64,000 bases of DNA from Pseudomonadota bacterium (GTDB lineage Bacteria; Myxococcota; JACRCW01; JAFGSX01): the NCBI GenBank assembly GCA_043821645.1, contig JBDRCO010000065.1:1-64000 (forward strand), read 5' to 3'. Shown in pieces: positions 1 to 9,055 of this stretch (within the stretch, counting starts at the first letter, position 1; every line of letters begins with the position of its first letter). The notes under the pieces are model-generated. The model searched no databases, had not been told where the DNA came from, and saw only the letters and a list, made by a program, of their open reading frames with translations. The position numbers and the translations under genes were made by a program.

Positions 1-369
1 GAGCCAGAGCACGACCTGAGCCAGCTTGGAGCTTTCGGTCACAACGTAGGGGAGGCTCCTTTTAAACGGGCCGCAGATGGTGCGCATCGCCGAAGGGAGA
101 TCGTGCCGTTCGCCCTCGGGACGAGGCCCCTTGAAGCGAACGCTGCCCGTCACCCTCCCGGGTGGGATGAACACGCTCGCCGCGGGCGTGGCAGGGGGCG
201 CCTCGCTGGCGGACCCCATCACCTCCCGCGCGGTGGGCAACGGTGCCGGGAGAGAGGCAGGGGTCACCGGGGCGCCGGCCGCCGTGTCACCGCGGAGGGA
301 AGCCGCGGGCAGCACCACAAGGCTGCCCAGGAGCACGACAGACCTGAGGCTTCGGCACCCGCATCTCAC
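1..369 (-). CDS. Partial (3' end outside window) secreted protein, probably carboxypeptidase-regulatory-like/Ig-fold
   Basis: Not in the ORF track. Open frame from GTG at 369 to the window edge: hydrophobic leader (RSVVLLGSLVVLPAASLRG), Pro/Ala linker, then GRVTGSVRFKGPRP...C...VV...LAQVVLWL. Confidence 0.55.
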   Translation of the reverse strand, partial: MRCGCRSLRSVVLLGSLVVLPAASLRGDTAAGAPVTPASLPAPLPTAREVMGSASEAPPATPAASVFIPPGRVTGSVRFKGPRPEGERHDLPSAMRTICGPFKRSLPYVVTESSKLAQVVLWL

Positions 370-383
370 GTGTGGCTCCGTCG

Positions 384-1418
384 TCACAGCAGCAGGTTGC
401 GGTATGAATCGATGTGCTCGAGCACGATGCCCACGCCATCGACGACGCTGTGCAGGGGATTCTCCGCCACGAAGACGGGCAGGCCACACTCCTCGGCCAG
501 CAACACATCGAGGTTGGCGATTTGCGAACCACCGCCGCACAGCACGATACCGCGATCGATGATGTCCGCGGACAGCTCGGGGGGGGTCTGCTCGAGGGTG
601 GCCTTGACGGCGCCCACGATGGCCCGGATGGCGTCCTGCAAGGCCTCGCGGATCTCCACCGAGCTCACCAGGATGCTGCGTGGCACGCCGGTGATGAGAT
701 CCCGCCCCTTGACGTCCAGGTCGAGCTCCTCGCTCAGCGGGTAGGCACTGCCGATCTTGATCTTGATGGTCTCGGCGGTGCGCTCGCCGATGAGCACGTT
801 GTGCTTCTTGCGGATGAAGTTGACGATGGCCTCGTCCATCCTGTCACCCGCGACCCGCAGCGTCTGGCAGGCCACTGTGCCACCGAGGCTGATCACGGCC
901 ACGTCCGTCGTGCCGCCGCCGATGTCGACGACCATGGAGCCCCGGGCATCCTGCACCGGCAGACCGGCGCCCACCGCCGCCGCCATGGGTTGCTCGATCA
1001 GGTAGACCTCGCGCACGCCTGCGCCCTGGGCAGCCTCGCGCACAGCCTTGGTCTCGATCGACGTGATGCCCGCCGGGATCGAGATGATGAGCCGAGTCCT
1101 GAAGGCCATGGCGCTTTCTTTGGCCTTGGAGATGAAGGCCTTGATCATGGCCTCGGTCGACGTGAAGTCCGCGATCACGCCATCGCGCATGGGCCGGATG
1201 GCGGTGATGTTGCCCGGCGTGCGGCCAAGCATCTCCTTGGCATCCCGGCCCACTGCGATGACCTTGGCCTGGGGGGAACCGTGGTTGGCCACCGCCACGA
1301 CGGAGGGTTCGTTGAGCACCACCCCCTTGCCGCGCACGTGCACCAGGGTGTTGGCGGTTCCCAGGTCGATGGCCAGATCGACCGAGAAAGGTGAGGAGAA
1401 CTTGTCAAAAAAACCCAC
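384..1418 (-). CDS. mreB: Rod shape-determining protein MreB
   Basis: AIDLGTANT, NEPSVVA, RPMRDGVIADF, VDIGGGTT, GIVLCGGG motifs; start moved to GTG 1418, which follows GAGGA RBS. Confidence 0.95.
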   Translation of the reverse strand: MGFFDKFSSPFSVDLAIDLGTANTLVHVRGKGVVLNEPSVVAVANHGSPQAKVIAVGRDAKEMLGRTPGNITAIRPMRDGVIADFTSTEAMIKAFISKAKESAMAFRTRLIISIPAGITSIETKAVREAAQGAGVREVYLIEQPMAAAVGAGLPVQDARGSMVVDIGGGTTDVAVISLGGTVACQTLRVAGDRMDEAIVNFIRKKHNVLIGERTAETIKIKIGSAYPLSEELDLDVKGRDLITGVPRSILVSSVEIREALQDAIRAIVGAVKATLEQTPPELSADIIDRGIVLCGGGSQIANLDVLLAEECGLPVFVAENPLHSVVDGVGIVLEHIDSYRNLLL

Positions 1419-1565
1419 GGTGTCCTCGTCAGCACGCGGCGCGAGGCCGCGGGAACGTGCAGAGAATCGAAGGTGTGCCTGGGGCGCCAGGGCAGATGTC
1501 CCTCTGCCTGCATGCCAGCGAGCACACACCACACAAGGCGCGGTTTTACCAGCCGCCCGGGTGGG

Positions 1566-2693
1566 TCACAAGCTCCGGCTGTCCTCGGGAGCGGACAGGT
1601 AGAGCGCGCACACCTGCGAGCGGAGGGCCCCCAGGGTCCCGTCTGCGATCGCCTGGCGACAGGTTCGCATCAGGTCCACGTAGTAGGTCAGGTTGTGCAG
1701 CGACAGCAGACGGTACACCAGCAGCTCCCGGGCCACGAACAGGTGGCGGAGATAAGCGCGCGAGAAGCCCTGGCAGGTGTAGCAGCGGCAGCTGGGATCC
1801 ACCGGCCCGTCATCGTCAGCGTGGCGCGCGTTCTTGATCGAGAGCTTGCCCTGACTGGTGTACAGGGTCCCGTTGCGAGCGTTGCGCGTGGGCAGCACGC
1901 AGTCGAACATGTCGACTCCCGCTGCGATGCAGGTGACGAGGTCGACCGGTGTCCCCACTCCCATGAGGTAGCGCGGCCGGTCCGCGGGCATCAGGGGAGC
2001 CACCTCGGCGCAGGTGGCGTGCATCTCGTCAACGGCCTCCCCCACGCTCAAGCCACCGATGGCATACCCCGGCAGGGATCGACTGCAGATCTCCTCGACG
2101 TGGGCACGCCGTAAAACGAGATCCGTCCCGCCCTGCACGATACCAAACAGGGCCTGATCCTCGCGGTGGTGTGCGGTGATGCAGCGGTCCAGCCACAGGG
2201 TCGTGCGACGCATGGCCTCGCGCAACTGCTCGGGTGTCGACGGAAGCGGCGGACACACATCCATGGCCATGGCTATGTCGCTGCCCAGGGCTTGCTGGAT
2301 CTCCATCGAGCGTTCGGGCCCGAGCACGTGACGGCTGCCGTCGAGATGGCTCTGGAACACTGCGCCGTCGTCGTCGAGCTTGCGCAGCGAGGCCAGGGAA
2401 AACACCTGAAAACCACCCGAGTCGGTGAGCATGGGCTTCGGCCAGGAGATGAAGCGGTGCAGTCCGCCGCGCTGCCGCACACGTTCTTCGCCGGGCCGCA
2501 ACATGAGGTGGTAGGTGTTACCCAAGATGATCTCGGCGCCTATGGCCTCGAGGTCATCGGGGGCCAGGGCCTTGACGGAGCCCACGGTCCCTACGGGCAT
2601 GAACACGGGTGTCTCGACGATGCCATGCGGCAGGTGCAGGCGCCCTCGTCGAGCGCCGGTGGGATCGCGGGCCAGAATCTCGAATTCGAACAC
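1566..2693 (-). CDS. tgt: tRNA-guanine transglycosylase
   Basis: TPVFMPVGT, GNTYHL, TDSGGFQVFSL, FDCVLPTRNARNG, Zn motif CRCYTC...HN. Confidence 0.97.
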   Translation of the reverse strand: MFEFEILARDPTGARRGRLHLPHGIVETPVFMPVGTVGSVKALAPDDLEAIGAEIILGNTYHLMLRPGEERVRQRGGLHRFISWPKPMLTDSGGFQVFSLASLRKLDDDGAVFQSHLDGSRHVLGPERSMEIQQALGSDIAMAMDVCPPLPSTPEQLREAMRRTTLWLDRCITAHHREDQALFGIVQGGTDLVLRRAHVEEICSRSLPGYAIGGLSVGEAVDEMHATCAEVAPLMPADRPRYLMGVGTPVDLVTCIAAGVDMFDCVLPTRNARNGTLYTSQGKLSIKNARHADDDGPVDPSCRCYTCQGFSRAYLRHLFVARELLVYRLLSLHNLTYYVDLMRTCRQAIADGTLGALRSQVCALYLSAPEDSRSL

Positions 2694-2768
2694 GTCACCT
2701 CCCGTCGCTGAGGAGCAAACCCAGATGCTCCACGTGGTCGCGAAACAGGGAGCGCCCGCACGATAGCT

Positions 2769-3617
2769 TCATGGCCTTGCGCGCGACACGCGGCTTTCGT
2801 ACACCTCGTCAATGATATCCACCAGCTGGCTCCGCTCGAGCTCGCTGTGGTAGCGCCTGCCGTCGATGAACACAGTGGGTGTCGACGTCACCTTGTTGCG
2901 TAGGCCTTCACGCTTGGACGCGGCCAGTGCCTCGCGCAGGGCAGCGTCCCCGCGCAACCGGGCGAAAGCCTCGAGCGGCACACCGGCCGCCTCGGCCGAG
3001 GCGTCGAGGCGTTCCACGCTGAACGCGTCAAAGTGTGCGTAGAGGTACAGGATGTAGGGCCAGAAGCCACCACTGCGTGCGGCCGCTTGCAGAGCCAGCC
3101 CGCCCTCCAGTGAACCCGGGTGGTCCTTGATCGGGAACAACCTCAGGCAGATTTTCGCCTTGCCGCGCAGCGCGCCCTCGACGATCTCCCTGTGCAGCTC
3201 GGGCACCAACTTGCTGCAGAAAGGGCAGCGACTGCAGGCGTAGACAGTGACCACGACCGGGGCCTCGGCCTCCCCCGCACACATGGCGGGGTCCACGGCG
3301 ATGGCGACAGGTCGGCTCACCCCGAGCACGCTCTGCCCCCGGCGGGTGAGGGCGTGTTCGATCTCGGCGTCGGTCTTGCCCGCGGCGACCTGCGCACAGA
3401 TCTGCCGCGCGAGGCGCCGGACCACCGGGCAGACCGGGGCCTGGTCGAGGCAGTGCGCGATGGTGTCGTCGCAGCAGTCGTAGGGGTGCAGTCTGCTGGA
3501 CAGGGCCGCGACGCGTGCGCGCTGCGGCCCGGTGAGGGCATCGCACGCCTCGAGAGTGGTCGAGGTCGATCGCGAGCCCGCCGAGAACAGGGCGAGCAGG
3601 AGCATCGTTGTTGTCAC
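2769..3617 (-). CDS. Exported DsbA/thioredoxin-fold oxidoreductase with Cys-rich N-terminal domain
   Basis: CPFC active site (CSRCPFC), cis-Pro loop STPTVFIDG, N-terminal YDCCDDTIAHC..C..C; GTGA overlap with upstream gene. Confidence 0.8.
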   Translation of the reverse strand: MTTTMLLLALFSAGSRSTSTTLEACDALTGPQRARVAALSSRLHPYDCCDDTIAHCLDQAPVCPVVRRLARQICAQVAAGKTDAEIEHALTRRGQSVLGVSRPVAIAVDPAMCAGEAEAPVVVTVYACSRCPFCSKLVPELHREIVEGALRGKAKICLRLFPIKDHPGSLEGGLALQAAARSGGFWPYILYLYAHFDAFSVERLDASAEAAGVPLEAFARLRGDAALREALAASKREGLRNKVTSTPTVFIDGRRYHSELERSQLVDIIDEVYESRVSRARP

Positions 3618-4099
3618 GAGGCCTCCTGTGCGCGCGGGGCCAGCAGGTGGTCGAGGCCCAACGGGTGCCGGTCCAGCAGCAACACATACACAGACAGCAC
3701 GAGCCAGCCCAGATCGCGCAGCAGGGTCCAGTGGGAGATGGGATCTGCCTTGACACCCTGTGACGCGAAGCAACCACAGCTCATCGTGAGATCGCTAGCC
3801 AGAGCCCAGCCGAGGGCGGCGATGAACAAGACCATCATACCCGCCACCAGCAGCGCGGCCCCACGCACGCGCAGCCCCAGGATCAGAAGCAAGCCTGCCA
3901 CCAGCTCGACCCACGGCAGGGTGATGGCGAGAAGGTTGATCAGCGGCAACGGCAGCAACTGGTAGGTGGCAATGTCCATGGCGAAGCTCGCTGGCTCGGC
4001 GATCTTGTGCAGGCAGGCCACCACGAACACCAGCCCCAGGTAAACCCTGGCCAGCATGCCCAGTACCGCGTGACCGCGCCAGGTGGTCCACGACGTCAC
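3614..4099 (-). CDS. MauE/DoxX family membrane protein
   Basis: ARVYLGLVF...LHKI..P..F, LPWVEL..G..L..G, SCGCF, LLRDL; 4 hydrophobic segments. Confidence 0.88.
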   Translation of the reverse strand: MTSWTTWRGHAVLGMLARVYLGLVFVVACLHKIAEPASFAMDIATYQLLPLPLINLLAITLPWVELVAGLLLILGLRVRGAALLVAGMMVLFIAALGWALASDLTMSCGCFASQGVKADPISHWTLLRDLGWLVLSVYVLLLDRHPLGLDHLLAPRAQEAS

Positions 4100-4608
4100 G
4101 GTGACACCTCACCGCCTCGCCACTGTCGCAGTGCCGCCGCGCCACCGCGCACCGAGACCACGTGCCGCAGGCCGCGCCCTGCCAGTTCGCGGGCCAGCTC
4201 GAAACCGTCGTCGAGCTCTACCCCGACCTCGCCATAGACCACCACGCGTTGCGCGTTGCGCTTCAGCAATGCCTCCACCACATCAGGTGCGACGGGCTCG
4301 AGGACATCGAAGGGTACACGCACGGCGCCATCGATGTGCCACTGCGCGAAGGCGACGGGGCCGCGTGCGTCGATGAGCAGATCCCGCTCAAGGTCAAGCA
4401 CCAGATCTCGCGCCTCGATGCGCTGCACCTCACCCAGTGTTTCGGGGCAGGGAACCAGGATGCTGTATGGCTCGATCGCGATCAGGGGGATGCCGGAAGG
4501 GCGCAGCACGTTCACCGCGACGCCGAGTAGCGCGGACAGCACGGCCACAGCCACCGCGTCCCGCACCGGTGCCCGCAAGGCCGACCCAGCCCACGGCGCT
4601 CGACTCAT
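4096..4608 (-). CDS. Membrane-anchored rhodanese-like domain protein lacking the active-site Cys
   Basis: N-terminal TM + VN.LRP.GIPL; IDAR...F...HIDGAVRVP, VVVYG (Cys expected), RGG..W. Confidence 0.75.
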   Translation of the reverse strand: MSRAPWAGSALRAPVRDAVAVAVLSALLGVAVNVLRPSGIPLIAIEPYSILVPCPETLGEVQRIEARDLVLDLERDLLIDARGPVAFAQWHIDGAVRVPFDVLEPVAPDVVEALLKRNAQRVVVYGEVGVELDDGFELARELAGRGLRHVVSVRGGAAALRQWRGGEVSP

Positions 4609-4612
4609 GCCC

Positions 4613-6199
4613 TCACTCCACGCACGAGGACCCCCTTTGCATGGCCTCGTCCTGCCGCAACATCTCCTGCACGCGGTCGCGGGAGCTGTCCTGGCTCCGG
4701 CCAGTGTCCAGTCCAAGCGGCACGTGCCCTGTCGGGTCCACCGCGACAGGCAGCAGGGGATCGTACTCGAAGGCCCAGCTCAGGCGACCCAGCACGCGGT
4801 GATCGACGAAGTCGTAACGCGGTGCGGTGCTATCGCGCCGCGCAAACTCGTAGCTGAGCACGCCGCGCAGGCCGTTCCACGACGGGCTGAGACCACTGAT
4901 CGAGAAGCGGGTCAGCAGGTCGTGACGCGAGGCACCCTGGGTGAAGGCATCGCGCGAGGCCGGGTAGCTGTCGAGGCCACCCAGCGCACCAAGGCGCAGG
5001 CCCAGCTCCCAGGGCAGGCGCGCCTCGAAGGAGATCAAGCTGCTCGTTCCGACCAGGTCATAGGCTGCCCGGTCCGCATCGTGCACGCGGCCGGTGAGCG
5101 CGCTGCTCACGCTCAGCCACGACCCGGCGCGCTGGCTGCTAGCGACACCGGCGTCCACCTCAAAGCGGCTGCGGCCCTGCTCCCGGTACAGTCGTCGACC
5201 TCCCCCGCCAAACGCGAACAGCGAGGTGCTGGGCGCGACCTCGAACTCGAGCCGGTGTGCGTTGGAGAAGACCAGGGGACCTGCCGCGTAGCGGTCACCC
5301 CCGGCCAGCGCCAGCACGTCGAAGCGATACCTGAGCAGCGCCGCATGCTGCGTGCTGCCGAAGAGCAGAGACGGGCCCAGACCCAGCCCGAGCTGGCTGA
5401 GGTCACGCACCGCGGCCTCCGCCGGGTAAGCGAGAGCCCTCGCATCGAGGTCGAGCCGTGGCCTGACCACGCCTCCCCACGGTGAGCGCAGACGCAGGCT
5501 CAGATCGAGATCTCCAAGCGCGCTCCGGCGCGAGCGATCGGTGTCTGCAGGATCCGCAGGTGAGCCGGCCAGTGCGTTGGAAGTCCAGCCCATCCCCGCG
5601 ACGAGGCGGCCGCGGATAGGCACCTCATATACAGGGTCGAGCTGCGCGCTGAGCCGGGCGATGGCCTGCCTGTCCTCGGCGAAGGCGGTGTCGCCTGCGC
5701 GGGCTCTGGACAAGGCAGCACGTACCTGCACGGTCGCGCCCCGGTGCCTGGCCATCAGAGCCTGTAGCAGCCAGCGCCGGGTCGCCAGAGCACCGCTGGC
5801 CGGGCAGCCCAGGCTGGCGAGCTGGACTTCGGCGTCGTCAACGGCCGCCTGTTGCAGCAATGCGTATGCCTGCCACTGGCCAATCTCGCAGTCCCCGGGC
5901 TGCTGCCCCAAAAAAGTATCGAGCGTGCGCCAGGCCCAGAAGGCGTTGCCGTCGTCGAGGTAGGCTCGTGACAACCACAGGGTGAGCGGCCGTGAGCCGG
6001 GATGGCCCTGCAGCGCGGGTTTGAGCTGTTGGATGGCCGCGCGGGCCTCGCCGACCTCGATCAGCGCGCGCGCCTCCTGCGCGGCACAGATCTCGTCGTC
6101 GAGACCGGCACAGGGGGCTGCCTCCAGCCCGGGAGACAGACCAAGGATCGCCGCCACGGCGAACCACCCCCTCGATGGAAGCCAGCGCGGCGGTTTCAC
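4613..6199 (-). CDS. TPR + C-terminal beta-barrel outer-membrane protein (Slam/DUF560-like architecture)
   Basis: Signal peptide, helical TPR-like N-half, amphipathic beta-strand C-half (GMGWTSNAL ... LSYEFARRDS...YDFVDHRVLGRLSWAF); GTGA overlap with upstream gene. Confidence 0.65.
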   Translation of the reverse strand: MKPPRWLPSRGWFAVAAILGLSPGLEAAPCAGLDDEICAAQEARALIEVGEARAAIQQLKPALQGHPGSRPLTLWLSRAYLDDGNAFWAWRTLDTFLGQQPGDCEIGQWQAYALLQQAAVDDAEVQLASLGCPASGALATRRWLLQALMARHRGATVQVRAALSRARAGDTAFAEDRQAIARLSAQLDPVYEVPIRGRLVAGMGWTSNALAGSPADPADTDRSRRSALGDLDLSLRLRSPWGGVVRPRLDLDARALAYPAEAAVRDLSQLGLGLGPSLLFGSTQHAALLRYRFDVLALAGGDRYAAGPLVFSNAHRLEFEVAPSTSLFAFGGGGRRLYREQGRSRFEVDAGVASSQRAGSWLSVSSALTGRVHDADRAAYDLVGTSSLISFEARLPWELGLRLGALGGLDSYPASRDAFTQGASRHDLLTRFSISGLSPSWNGLRGVLSYEFARRDSTAPRYDFVDHRVLGRLSWAFEYDPLLPVAVDPTGHVPLGLDTGRSQDSSRDRVQEMLRQDEAMQRGSSCVE

Positions 6200-7923
6200 G
6201 GCCTGTCCCGGCAGCAGCGAAAGCCGGCGTACAGCGCCGACCAGGTCGCGTCGAAGTCGCAACGAAAGCGAGTCGCGGGCGAGCCGCAGTTGAAGGCGCC
6301 ACCGCGCACCTGGTAGCCACCGCTGGGCGTGGTCACCACCTCCCACACGTTGCCGTTGACGTCGAGGGCTCCGGCCGCGCTGCTGCACTGCGGGAAAGCT
6401 CCAGTGGGAGCGACGTGATAGCACACGTGACAGCTCTCGAGGCTGTAGGGTTGGCTCAGGCCACAGATTTCGGGCGTGTAGCTGCTGGTGAGCTGGCTGC
6501 TGTAACCGCAGTTGCTGGCCGTGGGGCAGCTCGCCAGGCCGAGCACGTCGCAGCAGGCCTGGCAGTACGTCTCGACCGAGTTGCAGCGCCAGGCTTCGAA
6601 ACCATTTCCGGTGGCATAGTCCGTCAAGCCTCCACCCGTGCACAGATCCAGCCACTCGTCGCTGCGGCACAGGCGCTTCCCGGCCGCCTGGCAAGCCGCC
6701 TCGAAGTCGAGATGGGCCTGGGTGCTCATGCTGCTCACGTACCAGGGCACCACACCGGCACGGCTGAAGGCACGGCCCGTCGCCGAACCCTGGTGGAGGG
6801 CCGTGGCGTCCTCGCGCGACGCCTCGTAGCGATCGATGCAGCTGGCACCCCAGGCCACCATGTCGTCGGGGCAAGGGCAGCCCGCATCCTCACTGCCGTC
6901 GCAGGCCCATGCGTCCTCCTGCGTGCTCGCGTGGTCACTGACCGCGTGGTCCGCCACACCCTGGTCCGGGGGCGAGGCGCGGTCCACCACGCGCAGGTCC
7001 GACGCGCTGGCGTCCTCGACCCCGAGGTGATCTGTGGCGCGCGCGTCGGCGATCGCCGCGCCGTCCACCACGCAGCCTCCCCCATCGGTCGGGCCCGCGT
7101 CCTCGCTCGTCGCGTCGCTGGTGCCCGCGTCGTGCACCACAATCCCGCGGGAACAGCAGCGAAAGCCGCGCGCCGAGGGCACCCAGCTTCCCGGCACGTA
7201 GTCGCAGCGGTGCAGCATGGCCGAGTCAGAGCAGTTGTAAGCGCCACCGCGCACCGTAGTGTCGTCGCCACCGGCCACGTGCTCCCACAGGTTGCCACTC
7301 AGGTCGAAGGCGCCCCAGGCATTGACACAGCGCTCGAAGTCGCCGGTCGATGCCAGGTGAAAGGAGGTGCGGCCAAAGGCGTCGATGCCGTTGCAGGCCG
7401 TGGGATCGTAGCGGTCGCCGTAGGGATAGTCCGTGTCCGCAGGGCCTCGGCAGGCAAGACGCCACTCATCGGCCGCACACAGACGCTTGCCAGCGGCAGC
7501 ACAGGCCCCAGTGGCGGTGGCGTTGTCCGCGACCTGCCAGGGCAGCACACCGGCCACGCTCCTGGCAAAGGACTCATCGTCTCCGTCATCGACGGCCGTC
7601 GCATCGGTGCGCGAGGCCTCGTGTCTGTCCATGCAGAAGGCCCCGGCGATGGGAACCATGTCGTCGGGGCAACGGACCGTCGGCGATGGCCGCGGCCTGC
7701 AGCGGCCGTGGTCGCATGCGAACAAGGCACTGCAGTCGTCGTCGCTGCGGCACTCGACTCGGCAGCGCCCGTCGGCACCGCAGATGGCTGGCACAGCGCA
7801 ATCAGCATCCTCGAAGCAGCGCGGATCCACACACGCGTTCCATGCAGCGGCGATCAACAGCACTCCCGTCGTCACCGAGGCGGCGCGGCGCACCGATCCG
7901 GACCTGGCGGGTGCTCGCAGCAT
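6196..7923 (-). CDS. Cys-rich lipoprotein with two FGE-sulfatase (SUMF1/C-type-lectin-like fold) domains
   Basis: Lipobox-like WNAC; two copies of CPDDMV...DR.EAS...C.AAGKRLC..DEW...C...D..GN.WE...VRGGA...GFRCC; start 7923 or 7971. Confidence 0.85.
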   Translation of the reverse strand: MLRAPARSGSVRRAASVTTGVLLIAAAWNACVDPRCFEDADCAVPAICGADGRCRVECRSDDDCSALFACDHGRCRPRPSPTVRCPDDMVPIAGAFCMDRHEASRTDATAVDDGDDESFARSVAGVLPWQVADNATATGACAAAGKRLCAADEWRLACRGPADTDYPYGDRYDPTACNGIDAFGRTSFHLASTGDFERCVNAWGAFDLSGNLWEHVAGGDDTTVRGGAYNCSDSAMLHRCDYVPGSWVPSARGFRCCSRGIVVHDAGTSDATSEDAGPTDGGGCVVDGAAIADARATDHLGVEDASASDLRVVDRASPPDQGVADHAVSDHASTQEDAWACDGSEDAGCPCPDDMVAWGASCIDRYEASREDATALHQGSATGRAFSRAGVVPWYVSSMSTQAHLDFEAACQAAGKRLCRSDEWLDLCTGGGLTDYATGNGFEAWRCNSVETYCQACCDVLGLASCPTASNCGYSSQLTSSYTPEICGLSQPYSLESCHVCYHVAPTGAFPQCSSAAGALDVNGNVWEVVTTPSGGYQVRGGAFNCGSPATRFRCDFDATWSALYAGFRCCRDRP

Positions 7924-7932
7924 GTCAGCGAG

Positions 7933-7977
7933 ACTGTAGCCAAGTTCGCCCCGCATGGCACGCCGCGTCATGTGCCA
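7933..7977 (-). promoter_or_regulatory. Putative sigma70 promoter for the 5-gene operon overlapping a TGGCAC-N10-GTGCCA palindrome
   Basis: Minus strand GTGCCA (7961-7956), 17 bp, TACAGT (7938-7933); inverted repeat 7956-7961/7972-7977. Confidence 0.35.
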
Positions 7978-8041
7978 GTAGCTTGATGGGAGTTCTTGCC
8001 TGGCGCCCCGCGCGCTCGCGGCGAAAGACGGCGTGCCAGGG

Positions 8042-9055
8042 TCACAGGATCAGCATGCAGTCGCCGTAAGAATAGAAGCGGTAGCCTGTGTCGACGGCGT
8101 GCCTGTAGGCAGAGAGGATGCGCTGCTGGCCGGCAAGGGCCATCACCAGCGCGATCAGCGTCGATCCTGGCAGGTGGAAGTTGGTGAGAAGCGCGTCCAC
8201 GACCTGGAATCGGTAGCCCGGTGTAATGAACAGCTCGGTGCGGCCGCTTCCGGCGCGCACGCCACGCTGCCCATCCGCCGCGCTCTCGAGAGCTCGGGTC
8301 GAGGTGGTGCCCACCGCCACGACGCGTCTGCCAGCGGCCCTGGTCGAGGCCACGGCGCGCGCAACGGCGTCGCCAATGTGGTAGCGCTCCGCGCCCATCC
8401 TGTGGTCCGAGAGATCGTCGACGCGCACGGGCTGAAATGTACCTGGACCCACATGCAGGGTCAGCCGCGCGACCTGGACACCCCGGGCGTCGAGCCTGGC
8501 CAGGACCCCGTCGTCAAAGTGAAGGGCCGCGGTGGGAGCCGCCACGGCGCCTGGCTGCTTTGCGAACACGGTCTGATAGCGATACCTGTCGGCCGCGTCA
8601 TCGGGCCGCGCGATGTAGGGCGGCAAGGGCACGTGGCCCTCGCGCTCGGCCACGGCGAGCACGTCGTCATCCAGGCACACACGCACACGGCCGTCGTCGG
8701 CGATCTCCTCGACCCGCGCCCGTGCCGTCTGCAGCCACAGTTCACTTCCCACGCGCAGCCGGCGCACGCCCTTGGCCAGGGTCCACCAGCACCGATCGTC
8801 GACGGGATCGGTGAGCAGCAACTCGACCTGGCCACCGCTGGGCTTGCGCGCCAGCAGGCGTGCGGGGATGACGCGCGTGTCGTTGACCACGAGCAGGTCA
8901 CCCGTCTCGAGCAGTTCGGGCAATTCGACAAAAGCCCTGTCCTCGTCGACACCGTCGCGACGCAACAGCAGCATCCGCGAGGCACTGCGCTGATCCAGGG
9001 GACGCGCCGCGATGCGGTCCGCGGGAAGATCGTAGTGCAGTTCGTCGGTCTTCAT
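8042..9055 (-). CDS. queA: S-adenosylmethionine:tRNA ribosyltransferase-isomerase
   Basis: VVNDTRVIPARL, PLPPYI, YQTVFA..PGAVAAPTAALHF, TNFHLP.STL, YRFYSYGD. Confidence 0.97.
   Translation of the reverse strand: MKTDELHYDLPADRIAARPLDQRSASRMLLLRRDGVDEDRAFVELPELLETGDLLVVNDTRVIPARLLARKPSGGQVELLLTDPVDDRCWWTLAKGVRRLRVGSELWLQTARARVEEIADDGRVRVCLDDDVLAVAEREGHVPLPPYIARPDDAADRYRYQTVFAKQPGAVAAPTAALHFDDGVLARLDARGVQVARLTLHVGPGTFQPVRVDDLSDHRMGAERYHIGDAVARAVASTRAAGRRVVAVGTTSTRALESAADGQRGVRAGSGRTELFITPGYRFQVVDALLTNFHLPGSTLIALVMALAGQQRILSAYRHAVDTGYRFYSYGDCMLIL

Noticed and set aside
4605-4625. Selenocysteine read-through at TGA stops of the redox operon
   Set aside because: The stops coincide with or directly precede the next gene's start, none falls at a catalytic Cys position, and no SECIS-like hairpin is evident
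6410-6435. CHVCYH as a heme-c attachment site
   Set aside because: Spacing is CxxCxH, not CxxCH, and it sits within a disulfide-rich insert
6196-7923. FGE/C-type-lectin-fold domains as a diversity-generating retroelement target
   Set aside because: No reverse transcriptase or adenine-variant template repeat in the window; the two C-termini differ broadly, not only at A positions
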